Below, piece by piece: positions 51,170-63,461 of a stretch of 64,000 bases of DNA (position 1 is the stretch's first letter; each line of letters opens with the position of its first letter). The stretch is from Chiloscyllium plagiosum (taxonomy: Eukaryota), in assembly GCF_004010195.1 (NCBI RefSeq), contig NC_057759.1:3758860-3822859 (forward strand), given 5' to 3'. The translations under genes were made by a program, and so were the position numbers. Below the pieces are notes generated by a model, which saw nothing but the letters and a program-made list of their open reading frames with translations, did not search any database and was not told the DNA's origin.

Positions 51170-52080
51170 TCATCAGGACGGAGAATTGAATGTTGGCCCT
51201 TACTTCAAGGGGATTGGAGTATTAGAGGAGGAAGTCATACTGAAACGATACAAGATGCTGGGCAGACCACGTGTGGAGCACAGAGAGCAGTATTGCTCCT
51301 CTTAGTTAAGGAAAAATTGCATTTCAGTGGAGTATGCTCAGACAGTTTGCATTATGATGATCCCCGCTATAGAGGGATTGCCTTATGAGCAAAGACTAAA
51401 CAACTTGGGACTCTACTCACTGGAGTTTAGAAGAATGAAAGGTGATCTCACTGATACATTTATGGGCTTGACAATGTCAATATTGACAGGATGTTTCCCC
51501 CTGATGCGATTGTCTTGGACTAGAGGGCATAGTCTCAGAATAAAGAGGCACAGATTGAAAACTGAGCTGTGGATGAATTTCTTCTTTCAGAGTCTTTGGG
51601 AGTCTTTGAAACATCTTCCAAAGCCCTTTGGTATAATTCAAGATGAGAAAGGTAGATTAGAGATTAGATTAGATTAGACAATTACAGAGTGGAAACAAGC
51701 CCTTTGGCCCAACAAGTCCACACAGATCCGCCGAAGCGCAACCCACCCATACCCCTACATTTACCCCTTACCTAACACTACGGGCAATTTAGCATGGCCT
51801 GCACATCTTTGGACTGTGGGAGGAAACCGGAGCACCTGGAGGAAACCCACGCAGACACGGGGAGAACGTGCAAACTCCACACAGTCAATCGCCTGAGGTG
51901 GGAAATGAACCCGGGTCTCTGGCGCTGTGAGGCAGCAGTGCTAACCACTGTGCCACGATTCTAGCTCTGTCGGAGAATCAGGGGAATGGGCAGGAAAGTG
52001 GATGTGAGGAAACAGCCACCATCCTGTTGGTTGGGAGAGCAGGATCGTGGGGCAGAATAGTCTACTCCTGTTCCTATGTG
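51170..52080 (+). mobile_element. CR1 3' fragment split by HE1
   Basis: GLYSLEFRRMKGDL...TRGHSLRI; tail follows 51957. Confidence 0.85.
51653..51956 (-). mobile_element. HE1 SINE
   Basis: (GATTA)n tail; head lacks about 10 nt. Confidence 0.95.
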
Positions 52081-52619
52081 TTTTGGTGTGAAAACTAGTT
52101 TCTGATCACCATAATTCTGCATTCCCATCAGTAACACAACTGCCAATGCTTTCAGATGAACTATTGCAAAGATCAGTAACTCTGCCACAGGTAGAAATTC
52201 CTTCTCATCCTCATCATAAATCAACCTTATTTCCCTTTTCTGCTCGAGATTTCTCTATAATCTCAAGCGTCTCAACAACTCAGTGTCAATTTTTAAGCTA
52301 TCATCTCTCATGCTCGTAGCCACTTTGTGAATAGGCCCAACCTGGACAATCTTTGACTCTAAGATACACACTTTCAGCCCTGAAAACAGCAGATGAATTT
52401 TCTATGATGGTTCACAATGCAGGTGGACCTGTTAGCTAAATAAGTGGGACAAAAGCAATATAACTGTTGGGTATTTCTGCACGTGTGTCCAACAGCAGAT
52501 TTCAAAATATCTTATTCCAATCGAGCATGTAACAAATTCCAACATTCAACTTGTCTCTTTAAAAACTTGCTGAGACCTTTTACTTATAAAATGAAGTGTT
52601 TGCTACTAGATTCTTCTGT

Positions 52620-52965
52620 GCCATAGCTGTATCATCACTAGACAGTGTTGATACAGAGACCGAGTCATGTCCTGGGAGACTAGTATTAAAATCCCTCCGT
52701 GGCTGATGTTGGAATTTGAACCCGATAATAATCTGGAAATCAGAGTTTAGTTATGACCATGAAACCATTGTTGAATATTGGCGTAAGACCCATCTGGCGC
52801 AATCATTAATATCCTTCTGGGAAGGAAATCGGTCATCCTTACCTGGTCTGGGCCTCCAGGTCACTGCAATGTAATGGACTCTTAATTGTTCTCTGTGCAA
52901 TTAAGGATGGCCATTAATTGCTGGCACAGACAACAATGCCCACATTCCATGAATTAATGAAATAA
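52620..52965 (+). mobile_element. Meta-domain-like tRNA-SINE with L2-type tail
   Basis: gggaaggaaatc..tcatccttacctggtctgg core and gcaattaaggatgg...cccacattccatgaat tail. Confidence 0.72.
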
Positions 52966-53029
52966 AAATCTTAGTCCACACCTCATCCGAATCATACCCT
53001 GGTAGTTAATTTTCACTTCCCAATTGCAT

Positions 53030-53252
53030 ATAGGCAGTTAATCTATAATGTGATGGTTGCATTCTTATGCAACCCCGCAATGTCGAAAAATTGCTGGTTT
53101 AAAAGTGTGCTTAAAGTGTTGGCGAAGTAATTCCATTACAGACAAAACAAGTTTTCAGAGTTTGCTCTTCAGAAACCGTGTTCGTAATTTATCAATTGCA
53201 TTACAGCGAATCCATGTTAAAGAATTGCACATTATAGTGGCATGAACTGTAC
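53030..53252. mobile_element. Possible MITE (non-autonomous DNA transposon)
   Basis: Imperfect terminal inverted repeats (cagtt..ctataatgtg and cacattatag..aactg) bounded by TA. Confidence 0.45.
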
Positions 53253-53499
53253 TCCTATTATCTCACATTAGGATCTTTTATTGCGCATTAAATTAATCTA
53301 TCATTAACTCATTGAACCAACATTGTGACCTCCCGACACCTTGTTACCCCATTTAAGTTTGAAAAGAATTAAGCATTTTCACTACAGTGCACGAAGTCCA
53401 TTTATCTAGCTCATGACGTTAAGTGTACTCAGTACTGTTACTTGTTACAGCTTTTCAGCCTGATAATGGTTTAATTCGCCAATCTTCATTCACACAGAA

Positions 53500-54085
53500 G
53501 AAAATAATAAAGAAAGCTAATGGAATGCTGGCCTTCACATCGAGATGACTGGAGTATCATAATGCATTATTTGTGCTGCAGTAATACAAAATCCTGGTTA
53601 GGCCCCATATGAAGCATTTTTGGGAACCACACCTTAGATCGGATAAAATGGCACAGTGGACGTTCACAACAATGATGCTTGGACTTCAGGATGCAAAGTA
53701 ATGAGGTGATATTTGACAGATTAGACCACTTCCCTCTATAATTTAGAAAGTTAATCGGTGACCTAATCGAAGATGTTAACTGGAAAAGACAGGGTAGGTA
53801 AAGATAAAATATTATCACTCATGGGTGTATTTTAGAACTAAGGAAGGAATAGTCTGAGAATGAGGTCAAGAGCGTTCAGGAAAGATATTTGGAAGCACTT
53901 CTCCACACAAGGGGTGGCATACGTTTGGAACTCTCTTCCACAAACAGCAGTTGGTGCTGGATCAGTTATTTCAATCTAAGAGAAAAACGTTTTTGTTAGA
54001 CCGAATTCCCAAATGGAGTTAGGCCACAATCTGCACGATCTCATTGAATGGTGGAACAGGTTTAAGGTTACTCTTGCCTTCCTGA
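53500..54085 (+). mobile_element. Degraded CR1 3' fragment
   Basis: KKANGMLAF, YKILVRPHM and FSTQGVAYVWNSLP. Confidence 0.8.
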
Positions 54086-54649
54086 TTCCTAAACAATGCT
54101 TTGAGTGCTGGAATAGAGAGGCAGACAGGTGGAGATACTAAAATAGGTGAAGGGGTTGGGGACACTGGACATCTGAAACAACAACAGAATGTACTAGGGT
54201 AAATGAGCAGTTTTGGGCGCGTCTGTGGAGACATAAAGCAGAGTTAACGTTTGCAGTCCAGTAACTGTTCTTCAGAAATGAAGAGATGGAGACAGTGCCC
54301 GGAGAGAAACAAGGGGAAAGCAGACAAATAACTTGTTGATAGTTGTTTACAGGGAATGTTAACCGCATCCCCAAAATCTGTATAAGTTCCATTCAACACT
54401 GCCAACCCATTGTCCACTCCTCGTGATCACTATTGTCCAGCTTCTCTTCTTCACTGGCTTCTGATTAACCAGCCCTTAGTATGCCTACACCTCTCTCTCT
54501 CTCTCTCTCTCTCTGTTTCTGAATACCATCTCCCTCTATCTTTCACACTTATCGTCCCTGGTGGGGTGGGGGGGGGGGTGGATTCTAAAAATTAAGGTCA
54601 AACAATTTAGGAGAGATGCTGGGAAGCATTTAAGTTGAAAAAATAATTG

Positions 54650-54940
54650 TTCAAGGGATGTCGGTATCGCTGACTGAGGCAACATGTATTGCTCGTCCCT
54701 AATGGCCCAGATGGCAGTCACGTGTAGCCCATTCAAGTAAGGACACCACCTTTCCTTCCCAGAAGGACATTCGTAAATCAGTTCGATTTTTCTTGACAAT
54801 TGTCATTAGTTGCTTGATCATCATTACACTCTAATTTCCATGTAACAGTTAAATTCAGTTCAGTGGGAGGATTTGAACCCAGCTCTCCATTACCTGCGTC
54901 TTGGGAATAATAGTCTACCGAAAATATATACCACACTACT
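54650..54940 (-). mobile_element. Meta-domain-like tRNA-SINE
   Basis: Reverse complement of the 52620 and 60383 family. Confidence 0.6.
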
Positions 54941-55340
54941 TGTGGGAGAGGTATGGAACTGTCTTCCAAAATCCATATTCGATGCTGGATTAGTCATTTG
55001 AAACATGACGTCCCAACTCCAATATTCAATGATCTGAGCAATGAAGGCAAGTGTGCTAAACACCTTCTCAAACATTCTATCTACCTGTGACACAAATGCC
55101 AAAGAACTATGTGACTGAACCCCGAGGTATTTGTGCTCGACAAAATTACCCATCTTACAAACCTCTATCATGTCCCCCTCCCCCATGAACCTTCTCTATT
55201 GTAAAGGAAGCAACTCGAACTTCTCTCCATCACTTACAGAAAGTTCATTGTTTCTGTTGATCTTCTCACTCAGATGAATCCACAATCAGCTGACCAATAT
55301 GTGATGGTGTTGAATTGGCAGCTCACAGTTTGACACTCAC

Positions 55341-55547
55341 AATTCAATCGACTTGGCCTGATGTCTGCATATTCAAAATTTCCTGCAGGTTCGTCCTCTG
55401 TTGTGCCCTCAGCTCGATTTCCCATCGCCTCCCTTGGAATGATATAATCTGGATCATTTCCAAAGCAAGTTCCACTCCCGTTCGCGACAACAATTTGCTG
55501 CTGTCATGTCCGAATATCCGTGGCAACAAGGTAACTGAGCCAAGGTC
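55341..55547 (-). pseudogene. Cytoplasmic-tail exon of the IgSF receptor pseudogene
   Basis: ttccttAG...GTGAGT, 207 nt, phase 1-1. Reads GPWLSYLVATDIRT*QQQIVVANGSGTCFGNDPDYIIPREAMGNRAEGTTEDEPAGNFEYADIRPSRLN, with one TGA at 55504-55506. Confidence 0.5.
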
Positions 55548-55609
55548 CTAAGGAACGACGTCCTGGAATTGTCTGGAATGTGGCTAAGAACGTCTATATT
55601 CGTCGAATG

Positions 55610-56110
55610 ATAAGATTTTGACGGATGGAAGGAGGTCATTCTTGTCTGTACCAGCTCCTGAAAGAGATACCCAGCTAGAGATACCACTATCCAGCCCAAT
55701 CTCCACAGTCCTCTCGCATCATCTCTTTCAAACATATATCCAGCTCTCTTTTGAAACCTGTGCAACCGTCTCCACCAATCTCCCATACAGCACATTACAA
55801 ACTCAACGACCCTCTACATGAAGACGTTTTTCGTCATCCCACTCTCTTATTGACAATAATTGGAATTTTGACCCACTAACGATTGGTAGGCCTGCGAGTG
55901 GGAAACAGAATATCCTCCTTTGCCCTGTCAGAATTGGTCATAACTTTCAACAACTGAAAAAGTTCACCACTTCACCTTCTCTGAATCTCTCTAACTTTTT
56001 CCTCTGTATCTAAAATCCCCCATTACTCGTTTAATTCTAGTAAATCTCCTTCTCACTCCTTCGAGGGTAGGAACATCCTTCCTTCAATAAGGTATCCAGA
56101 ATTGAACATA
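55610..56110 (-). mobile_element. Old CR1 3' fragment
   Basis: Reverse-complement tail and ccagaattgaaca. Confidence 0.6.
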
Positions 56111-56544
56111 ACCAGGCTGGGTAATAGAAGGCCAATTCCCTTCCTAAACCGTATTTCTACATTCAGCTTCAGTTGTCTACAAAGGTAAGGTGTCTCACAC
56201 ACACACACAAAGAAATGTCCGACGGATCAAAGAAATGTTCCCCACGTTTTGACTGATCATCATGACTTAATATTCTCCATTCAATGCATGTTCCCTCACT
56301 AGAATTCATTTCTTTTCAGCCTTTTGCTCTCTATTGCAAGTTGGGTTAGCTCAGTTGGCTGGATAGATAATTCTGTGTGATTTATTAATCAGTCTCCCCC
56401 TGTCCTGCTACTTTAATTGATCTCTGCATATGTACCCACAACTCCTTTTGCTCCTATAACCCCATTCGAATTGCAACCCCCTACATTTCAGTTTCTTCCA
56501 CCCAACGCGAAAATTGTGTTGAATCTTTTTGTCTTTATGATGAC

Positions 56545-56837
56545 TAGATTTCCTACAGCGTGGAAACAAGGCCCTTCATCCCAAAGTGTCCACACCGACC
56601 CTCCGCAAAGTAACTCACCGAGGCCCATTTCCCTCTGGCTAATGCACCTAACAATATGGCCAATTTAGCATGGCCAATTCACCTAACCTGCACATCTTTG
56701 GAGAGTGTGAGGAAACCGGAGCAAACCCATACAGACACGGGGAGAACGTGCAAACAGACAGTCGCCCAAGGCTGGAATCGAACCTGCCACCTTGGTGTTG
56801 TAAGGCAGCAATGCTATCCACTGAGCCACCATGCCGC
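56545..56837 (-). mobile_element. HE1 SINE
   Basis: Tail, V domain and head. Confidence 0.9.
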
Positions 56838-56959
56838 ATTTTCTGATATCCACGAGTTAAAACCTGTTTTTTTTTAAATAACAAATGTTCAGTGGTTTTG
56901 TTAATTGCCTTTCTACTAACTAACAATATCACTCCACAAGAACACATAGGCTTATGGGG

Positions 56960-57800
56960 CTAACATATAGGGTTAGGTTGGGTCTATTTAACCCCTCAGG
57001 TGCCTGATCCCCAATTCGATAGAACCACGGCTCATCTCATCTCAGCCTCACCTCCACTTTTCTGACGACACTCCCTTTGACCAATGACTCATTAAAAATG
57101 TATCTATCCCCTCTTTCAATATATTCTGTGTCCTGGGGGTCAGGGTTGGGCGTTCCCACAGATTCATAACACACTCCACATTTGGGAGAAATCATTCTTC
57201 CTTATCACTGTTTTTGATCTGCCTCACTCCCTTCTCCTGCAACGATGACTCCTCTTTCTAGATTATCCCACATGAGGAAACATCCTCTCTCCATCTCCTT
57301 TCTCAATACCCCCTTTAGGCCTTATGTCCCTCAGTTAGATCGCATCTCGGCCAAATGCCAAGAAACCGTTCAATCTCTGATCTGAGACAACCCCTTCGTC
57401 TCTGGAAATAATCGAGAGAATCTCCTCTGAACTGACTCTAACTGTCCTCAATTAAAGAGATCAAAATTGAAGCAATCACTCCTCATAAGATTAACCTTAT
57501 ATCTTGATAATCAATTCAATGAATCTCCTCTAAACTCCCTTTAATTCAATTACATCCCTCCTCAATTATGGCGACCAAAATTGTACGAAACACTCTGGAT
57601 GTGGAAACCCCAATACCTTGTACAGTTGCAGCAACACTGCAACACTTTCATTCTCCATTCCTTTAGCAATAAATGCCTTTCTTATTACTTGCTGCGATTG
57701 TATACTATTTTCTGAGATTCATGCACAAGGACATCCACATCCCTGTGACCAATATATTTTGAACCTTCTCTCCCATTCACATGATAAGTTGCCTTTTTCA
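56960..57800 (-). mobile_element. Old CR1 3' fragment
   Basis: ggcgaccaaaattgtacg reverse-complement motif; short internal duplication at about 57400-57590. Confidence 0.65.
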
Positions 57801-58037
57801 ATATTTTTTTTCCACACTAGATAGCCTCACTACTGATGGGACTGATCCACGCACAGTTCAGTGTCCTCGATTTGAACTTTTGTGTTTGAGATCCGCAAAA
57901 TAGTCAGCCACAAAAGTCCATATACTCCAATTTGTCCGACAAATATTAAATGTCTGGTTTTGCAACCCAGAGTGATTTTCAGCCTACTCAGACTGCTTGA
58001 ATGCTGTTAGAAGTTGCCAACCACTTCACTAACTTAC

Positions 58038-58068
58038 CTGTGCTACTGGGAACTGCTGGAAAAATCAG
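58038..58068 (-). pseudogene. Candidate mini cytoplasmic exon
   Basis: Strong acceptor ttttctgtcttattttctccAG and donor CAG|GTAAGT. An inner acceptor gives an 18-nt phase 1-1 exon (58038-58055, AVPSST). Confidence 0.4.
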
Positions 58069-58339
58069 CTGGAGAAAATAAGACAGAAAAACGGGGATGT
58101 TTTACCGTTAGTATTCCGTTTCACCTGTTTGCAAATGAATCTGTTTTCCTTGACTACTGTGCAAGCAGCAATTACTCTTATGGTCATCTTTCGTTTGTAT
58201 ATGTGCTGACCAATTGTCTGACCACAACACATAACTTTGTATATCAGCCCTTTCAATTTATCTGCCAGTCATCCAACCTGCCCACATCTGCACAACGCAC
58301 CTCCCAAATGATGTTGTATGATTTGTCTTTTCTTTTTCA

Positions 58340-58570
58340 TAGATTAGGTTAGATTCCATACAGTGTGGAAACAGGCCCTTCGGCCCAACCAGTTTGGACC
58401 GCCCTTCCGAACAGTATCCCAACCAGACCCACCTCCTTCTGACTAATGCACCTATCACTATGGGAAATTTAGCATGACCAATTCACCCAACCAGCACCTC
58501 TTTGGACTGTGGGAGGAAACCGGAGCACCAGGAGGAAACCCATGCAGACACGGGGAAAATGTGCAAACTA
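58340..58570 (-). mobile_element. 5'-truncated HE1 SINE
   Basis: Tail and V domain. Confidence 0.9.
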
Positions 58571-58589
58571 CCCCATCACTAGTTGATTC

Positions 58590-58880
58590 CTTGAGAAATT
58601 AGTCTGGTCCTGCATTATTTAACTGCAGAAGTCCATGTGCTGTTGGTACACCCACGATGCCTTCAGGGAGGGAATTCCATCATTTTGACCCCAGGAACAG
58701 CCAATATATCCCAAATCAAGACGGTAAGTGGCTCAAAAGATATATGGTGTCCCATCTATCTGCTGCCCTTGCCCTTCTACATGGACGTGGTCATAGGTTT
58801 GGAAGGTGCTCTCTGAAGTTCTGCAGTGCATCTTGTGGATGGTATACAGTGGTGTTACTGAGCGTTGGTGATGCAGGGAG
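58590..58880 (-). mobile_element. L2-clade LINE fragment
   Basis: Same family as 10215-10635. Confidence 0.7.
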
Positions 58881-59025
58881 AGAATTTTTATAGATGCCAT
58901 GACACACACACGCACACGCACACACAATTTCAAGTCTACACTACATCAGCAACGTTAGTTTGAAACCCGTTTTGAATCGCGACTGGAGAACGATCGCTAG
59001 CATTACCTGCTGGAGTGTTCCACAC

Positions 59026-59166
59026 CTTGGTTCCTGTAGCAGTGTTTAATGGGAAGCAATGTGAGGAGAGAAAGGATCAGAAACAGTGGGACAATGAGTG
59101 CTGCCATCTCAGCGGCGTTTGTCTGTGCTGTAATCAGAGAGGAATTTCCTGTCAATATCATAATTC
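59026..59166 (-). pseudogene. Transmembrane exon of the IgSF receptor pseudogene
   Basis: 141 nt, phase 1-1. Reads GIMILTGNSSLITAQTNAAEMAALIVPLFLILSLLTLLPIKHCYRNQ: a 19-aa hydrophobic run then basic residues. An alternative donor lies at 59006. Confidence 0.65.
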
Positions 59167-59471
59167 CTTCAGCAAACACAAACCCAGTGTTTCCTGTTCA
59201 CTGTTGCCCTGACCCCCTGCCCACACCAGTCCATTTGGAGGAAACCCTTGTCTCTGTGAAATTCACTCCAAACCCTCACTGTCACAATGACATCATTGTT
59301 TCTGTGCAGTCACTCTCATTAACAATATCCCACCAATTCAACTCAGACTATTAGATGCTAAACTCAAAAGATCGCTCTGCACCCACATTCTCTAAATTGT
59401 CGACTATAAATTATTATCCCTCATTTTCACTGCCTGCATATATCAAAGCAAAACTTTCCTTTCTCATCCAC

Positions 59472-59763
59472 CTGTCAGTGGAAACTGGACCATTCACAGA
59501 GAAACAGCGAAAATATCAGGAGGATATAATTCGGCCCATCCAGTCTGCCTGCCCATGGCTGATGCTCCAACTCACATCGATAAGTTGCTCTGTCTGAAAA
59601 CTCGCCCTTGCTATCGTGTACTCTGGTTCATGTTTTTCTTCAATTAAGGGATTGTTTCGATACCAAAGGAAGATGTAATTTCTTTCAGGTCCACGGGAAT
59701 GTCTGGTTTCACTAAACAGTAGAGTCCTTGAACTGACTTGCAAAATCAATGTCACACCCAAAG
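59472..59763 (-). pseudogene. Disrupted C2-type Ig exon, Fc-receptor-like
   Basis: ttcgtctttcAG acceptor, then ALGVTLILQVSSRTLLFSET-RHSRGPERNYIFLWYRNNPLIEEKHEPEYTIAR, a frameshift, and FSDRATYRCELEH. The first Cys segment is missing and a CR1-tail-like insert sits at about 59495-59552. Confidence 0.7.
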
Positions 59764-59849
59764 CTGAAAGACGAAAGTACAACTTGTAAGATCTATCAAG
59801 CCTTACTAGCACATATTACAGTTTAAGTTTAGCGAAGTCTTATAGCAAC

Positions 59850-60300
59850 TGCATTGTGTGTTTGGAGGCAGTTCACATAAAGTTTACTGGGATGATCCTC
59901 GGGATGTAGGGTCCGTCTTATGAGCAAAGGCAACACAAGTTGGGATTCTACTCACAGGAATTTCGAAGAATGAGAGGTGATCTCATTGAAACGTGTCAGG
60001 ATACGATCAATGCTGAGAGGATGTTTCACCTCATGGGAGAGTCCGGACCAGAGGGCATAGTCTCAGATTAAAGCGACACTGATTGAAGAATGAGACAGGG
60101 AGGTATTTCTTCTCTCACAGGGTTGGGAGTCTTTGTAACTCTTTGTTGCACTGGACTGTGTGGGGGCAGACTCCTTGTGTACGTTGAAGGCGAAGACAAA
60201 TGGATTCTTGATCAACTGGGGAATCAACGGAAAAGGGCAGGAAAGGGAACATGAGGAATTTTGGATCAGCCACGATCCTGCTGGATGGCAGAGCAGGAGA
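59850..60300 (+). mobile_element. CR1 3' fragment
   Basis: EFRRMRGDLIET...TRGHSLRL. Confidence 0.82.
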
Positions 60301-60382
60301 GACAGAAGCTTGGGAAATCTCGGGATAATCAGCACGTAAAGACTCTATCATCTCAATTCTGATCCGAGAATGCCTTCCATCT

Positions 60383-60700
60383 GAGGTGCTAATGGCCTAG
60401 TGGTATTATTGACTATTAATTATTAATCCAGTGACTTGGGATCAAAGTCCGCCATGGCAGATGCTGGAGTTTGAAATCAGTTAGTAAAAATCTGTAATTA
60501 AGAGTCTAATGATGACCTTAAATTAACAGCTGATTGTCAGGGGAAAAAGAAAATCTGATTCACTAATGTTCTTTAGGGAAGGAAATATGCCAGCAGTACC
60601 TAAGCTGACATACATGTGACTCCACACCCACAGCAATGTGGTTGACTCTTAACTGCCCTCTGGGCAATTAGGGATAGGCGATAGGTGCCAGCCTATTGCC
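60383..60700 (+). mobile_element. Meta-domain-like tRNA-SINE with L2-type tail
   Basis: tggcctagtgg A box, ttcactaatgttctttagggaaggaaa core and gggcaattagggatagg tail. Confidence 0.8.
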
Positions 60701-60839
60701 AATCAACTCTCATTGGCAATCAGCTAAAAAGGTATTGGGATGGAATATCGAGGCAACAAGTTAATCATCTATTTTAGTAACATGCAAACGATAATACAAA
60801 TAGTATGAAGACTGCCGGATGGTTAATATTGAGAGGGAA

Positions 60840-61665
60840 TGTGTTAGGTTACAGTTGATTCAGTCAGATGGAAAGTTCAGTGACACATGGAGTTGAATTC
60901 TGGTTAATGGGAGCTGATGCACTTTGGAAAAATGGCGGACTCAAAGAATGATAGGACACAAAGGGATCTTGGGGTATTTGTACACAATTTCCAGAAGGTG
61001 GAAGGACAGCTTAATAGTATTTTTAAGAAGGGAGAAGGGACACTTTCCTCCATCTGTAAAAGTGTATGTTATAAGAGTGGAGAGGTGATGTTGGAGTGGG
61101 ACAAGTCTTTGATGACGCCACAGCTGGAAAACTGTGTGCAGTTCAAGTCTCTGCACAATAGAAGGATGCGACTGCGTTGGACGGGTATGGGGGGAGATTC
61201 CCCAGCATGTACCCTTGGATGGAACATTTCAGCGATGAAGAGTTTTTGGATAAGCTTGAGTTGTTTTGTTTTGTGCAGCGAAGACTGTGGGGCGATCTGA
61301 TTGAGGTGTGTAAGATTAAGAGGAACATGTATAGGGGGATAGGAAGCAGTTGTTTCCTTTAGTCAAAGGTTCTGTAACAAGGAGGGGAGGCATGATTTTA
61401 AAGTGAAAAGCAGGAGATTCAGAAAGGGATTTGAGGATAGTTTCACCCAGAGGGTAAGAGGATCTGGATTTCACTACCTGTGAGGATAGTTGAGGCGGGG
61501 TACCTCCCAGCCATTAAAATGCTCACGGTCACCGCTTTGTAATGTCATAACATTCAGGGCTGTGAGCCTAGTGCAGGAAAGTGGGGCTAGTGTATAGGTC
61601 AGTGCAGTGCTGATGGGCCGAAATGTTTCTTCTGTGTTGTATGTGACCACGACTCTATGATTCAC
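60840..61665 (+). mobile_element. Degraded CR1 3' fragment
   Basis: QRDLGVFVH, PQLENCVQF and RLWGDLIEVCKI. Confidence 0.8.
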
Positions 61666-61819
61666 TCACTAAAGTAATTGAGAAGCTAAAGTAACTTGGA
61701 AATGAAAAGGCCTGGTTGTTCCAGATCAACAGGAACTCCCTCGCTGTATTGTAACTGGGAACAGTGAGCAAACCATGGGAGATGGTGAAGCTGGTTTGAC
61801 ACTGCTTCCATAATCAGCT

Positions 61820-63128
61820 GGGCTCTCAGCAATATTTAGGATGTGACAGAGTGTACGATTCAGCCATGTCAGGATAGAATGTTGACACAGTGTAGGGAGA
61901 AAGGGACATGCCAGAGTGCAGGATGAGGTCCAATGTATGATACGGCGAAGTGAAGGGCGAGGCCAGTGAAGGGTGACGCACGGTTTAGGAATTGGCCGAG
62001 TGCAATGTGAGGCCCAGTTTAAGATGTGACTCAGTGTCGGAAGCAACGTAGTTTATGATGTGGCTACGTTTCCATTGTGGCCGACTGTAGGATCTCATCT
62101 AATTTAGCATGTGGTCCAGTATAGGATGCTTCACAGCTTGGTTTCAGGCCCAGTGAAAATAAGGCCCAACTTAGGACTTGACCCAGTTTATAATACGCCC
62201 AGTTGAGGATGAGGCGTACCAGTTGAGGATGATTGAGATGTGGCGTACGTAGAATATTTCCAGGTTTAGGATGTAATACATATTGGAACAAGATCCAGTT
62301 TAGGATGTTGTATAGTTTATGATAATGCCCAGTTTAGGATGAGGGCCAGATCAGGATGTTATCCAGTTTAGGACGAGGCCCAGTTTCAGATGAGGTCCAG
62401 TTTACGATGTAACACAGTTTATAATGAAGTTCAGTTTAGGATATGACCCAGTTTATGATGTGGCCCAATTTGGGATTTGGCCCAGTTTGGAACGTGGACC
62501 AGCTTGGCATGTAGCCCAGTTTGGAAAGTAGCTCAGTTTGGAATTTGGCCCGGTTTGGGACGTGGTCCAGTTTAAAATGTGGCCCATTTCGAATCTTAGA
62601 TTAGATTAGACTACATTAGATTACTTACAGTGTAAAAACAGGCCGTTCGGCCCAACAAGTCCACACCGACCCTCCGAAGAGCAACCCACCCAGACCCATT
62701 CCCCTACATTTACCCCTTCACTTAACACTACAGGCAATTTAGCATGGCCAATTCACCTAACCTGCACATTTTTGGACTGTGGGAGGGAACCGAAGCATCC
62801 CGAGGAAACCCATGCAGATACAGGGAGAATGTGCAAACTCCACGCAGAGAGTCACCTGAGGCAGGAATTGAACCCCGTCTTTGGCGCTGTGAGTCAGCAG
62901 TGCTAATCACTGTGTCACCGTGCCGCCAGAATCTTGGTCCAGTTCAGAATGTGGCCACGTTGGGAATGAGGCAAAGTTTACACTTAGTCCCAATTTAGGA
63001 TGGGACCCAATTTGGGTGAGGCGCAGTTTGGAATGTGGACCAGTTTAGGGTGAGGCCCAGTTTAGGGTGAGGCCCAGTTTAGGATCATGTCACGTTTACT
63101 TTAGGTCCCAGTTTACAATGAAGCCCAG
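61820..63128. repeat. 17-bp minisatellite (consensus about TGAGGCCCAGTTTAGGA)
   Basis: Near-perfect units at 63051-63084; more degenerate toward 61820; split by HE1. Confidence 0.9.
62598..62928 (-). mobile_element. Full-length HE1 SINE with 7-bp TSD
   Basis: GAATCTT at 62591-62597 and 62929-62935. Confidence 0.95.
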
Positions 63129-63461
63129 CCTCGTCAACAATGTGGGTAAATCTCTCAGGAGCAGGTAGGTCTTGAAACCAGTTCCCAGATCATTTGTGTC
63201 TCCGACTGAAAAGTGGATCACTATCAAGAAACCAAGAGGCCTCCTACTATTCTGATTTTTTTCTGGTCCTGATGGTCAACATTAAAATCTGGAGAGCTCG
63301 AGAATTCCCTCCCTTGGGAAGTAGGATAGAAGCACTCCATTCATCGCTGTGTCTTTGGGACTTGATGAATGGAACAGTATGATATATTGCGTGGTCTCTC
63401 TGCAAAAACAGGATTGTTGTTCGACACAGAGTACATACATCAACACTCAACGTTGACGTAC

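Noticed and set aside
58120..58256. C-type-lectin-like RFICKQ exon
   Set aside because: The implied intron would be only about 50 nt and other lectin motifs are absent.
63040..63085. Interstitial telomeric repeat
   Set aside because: TTAGGG occurs only as part of 17-bp units, not as tandem hexamers.
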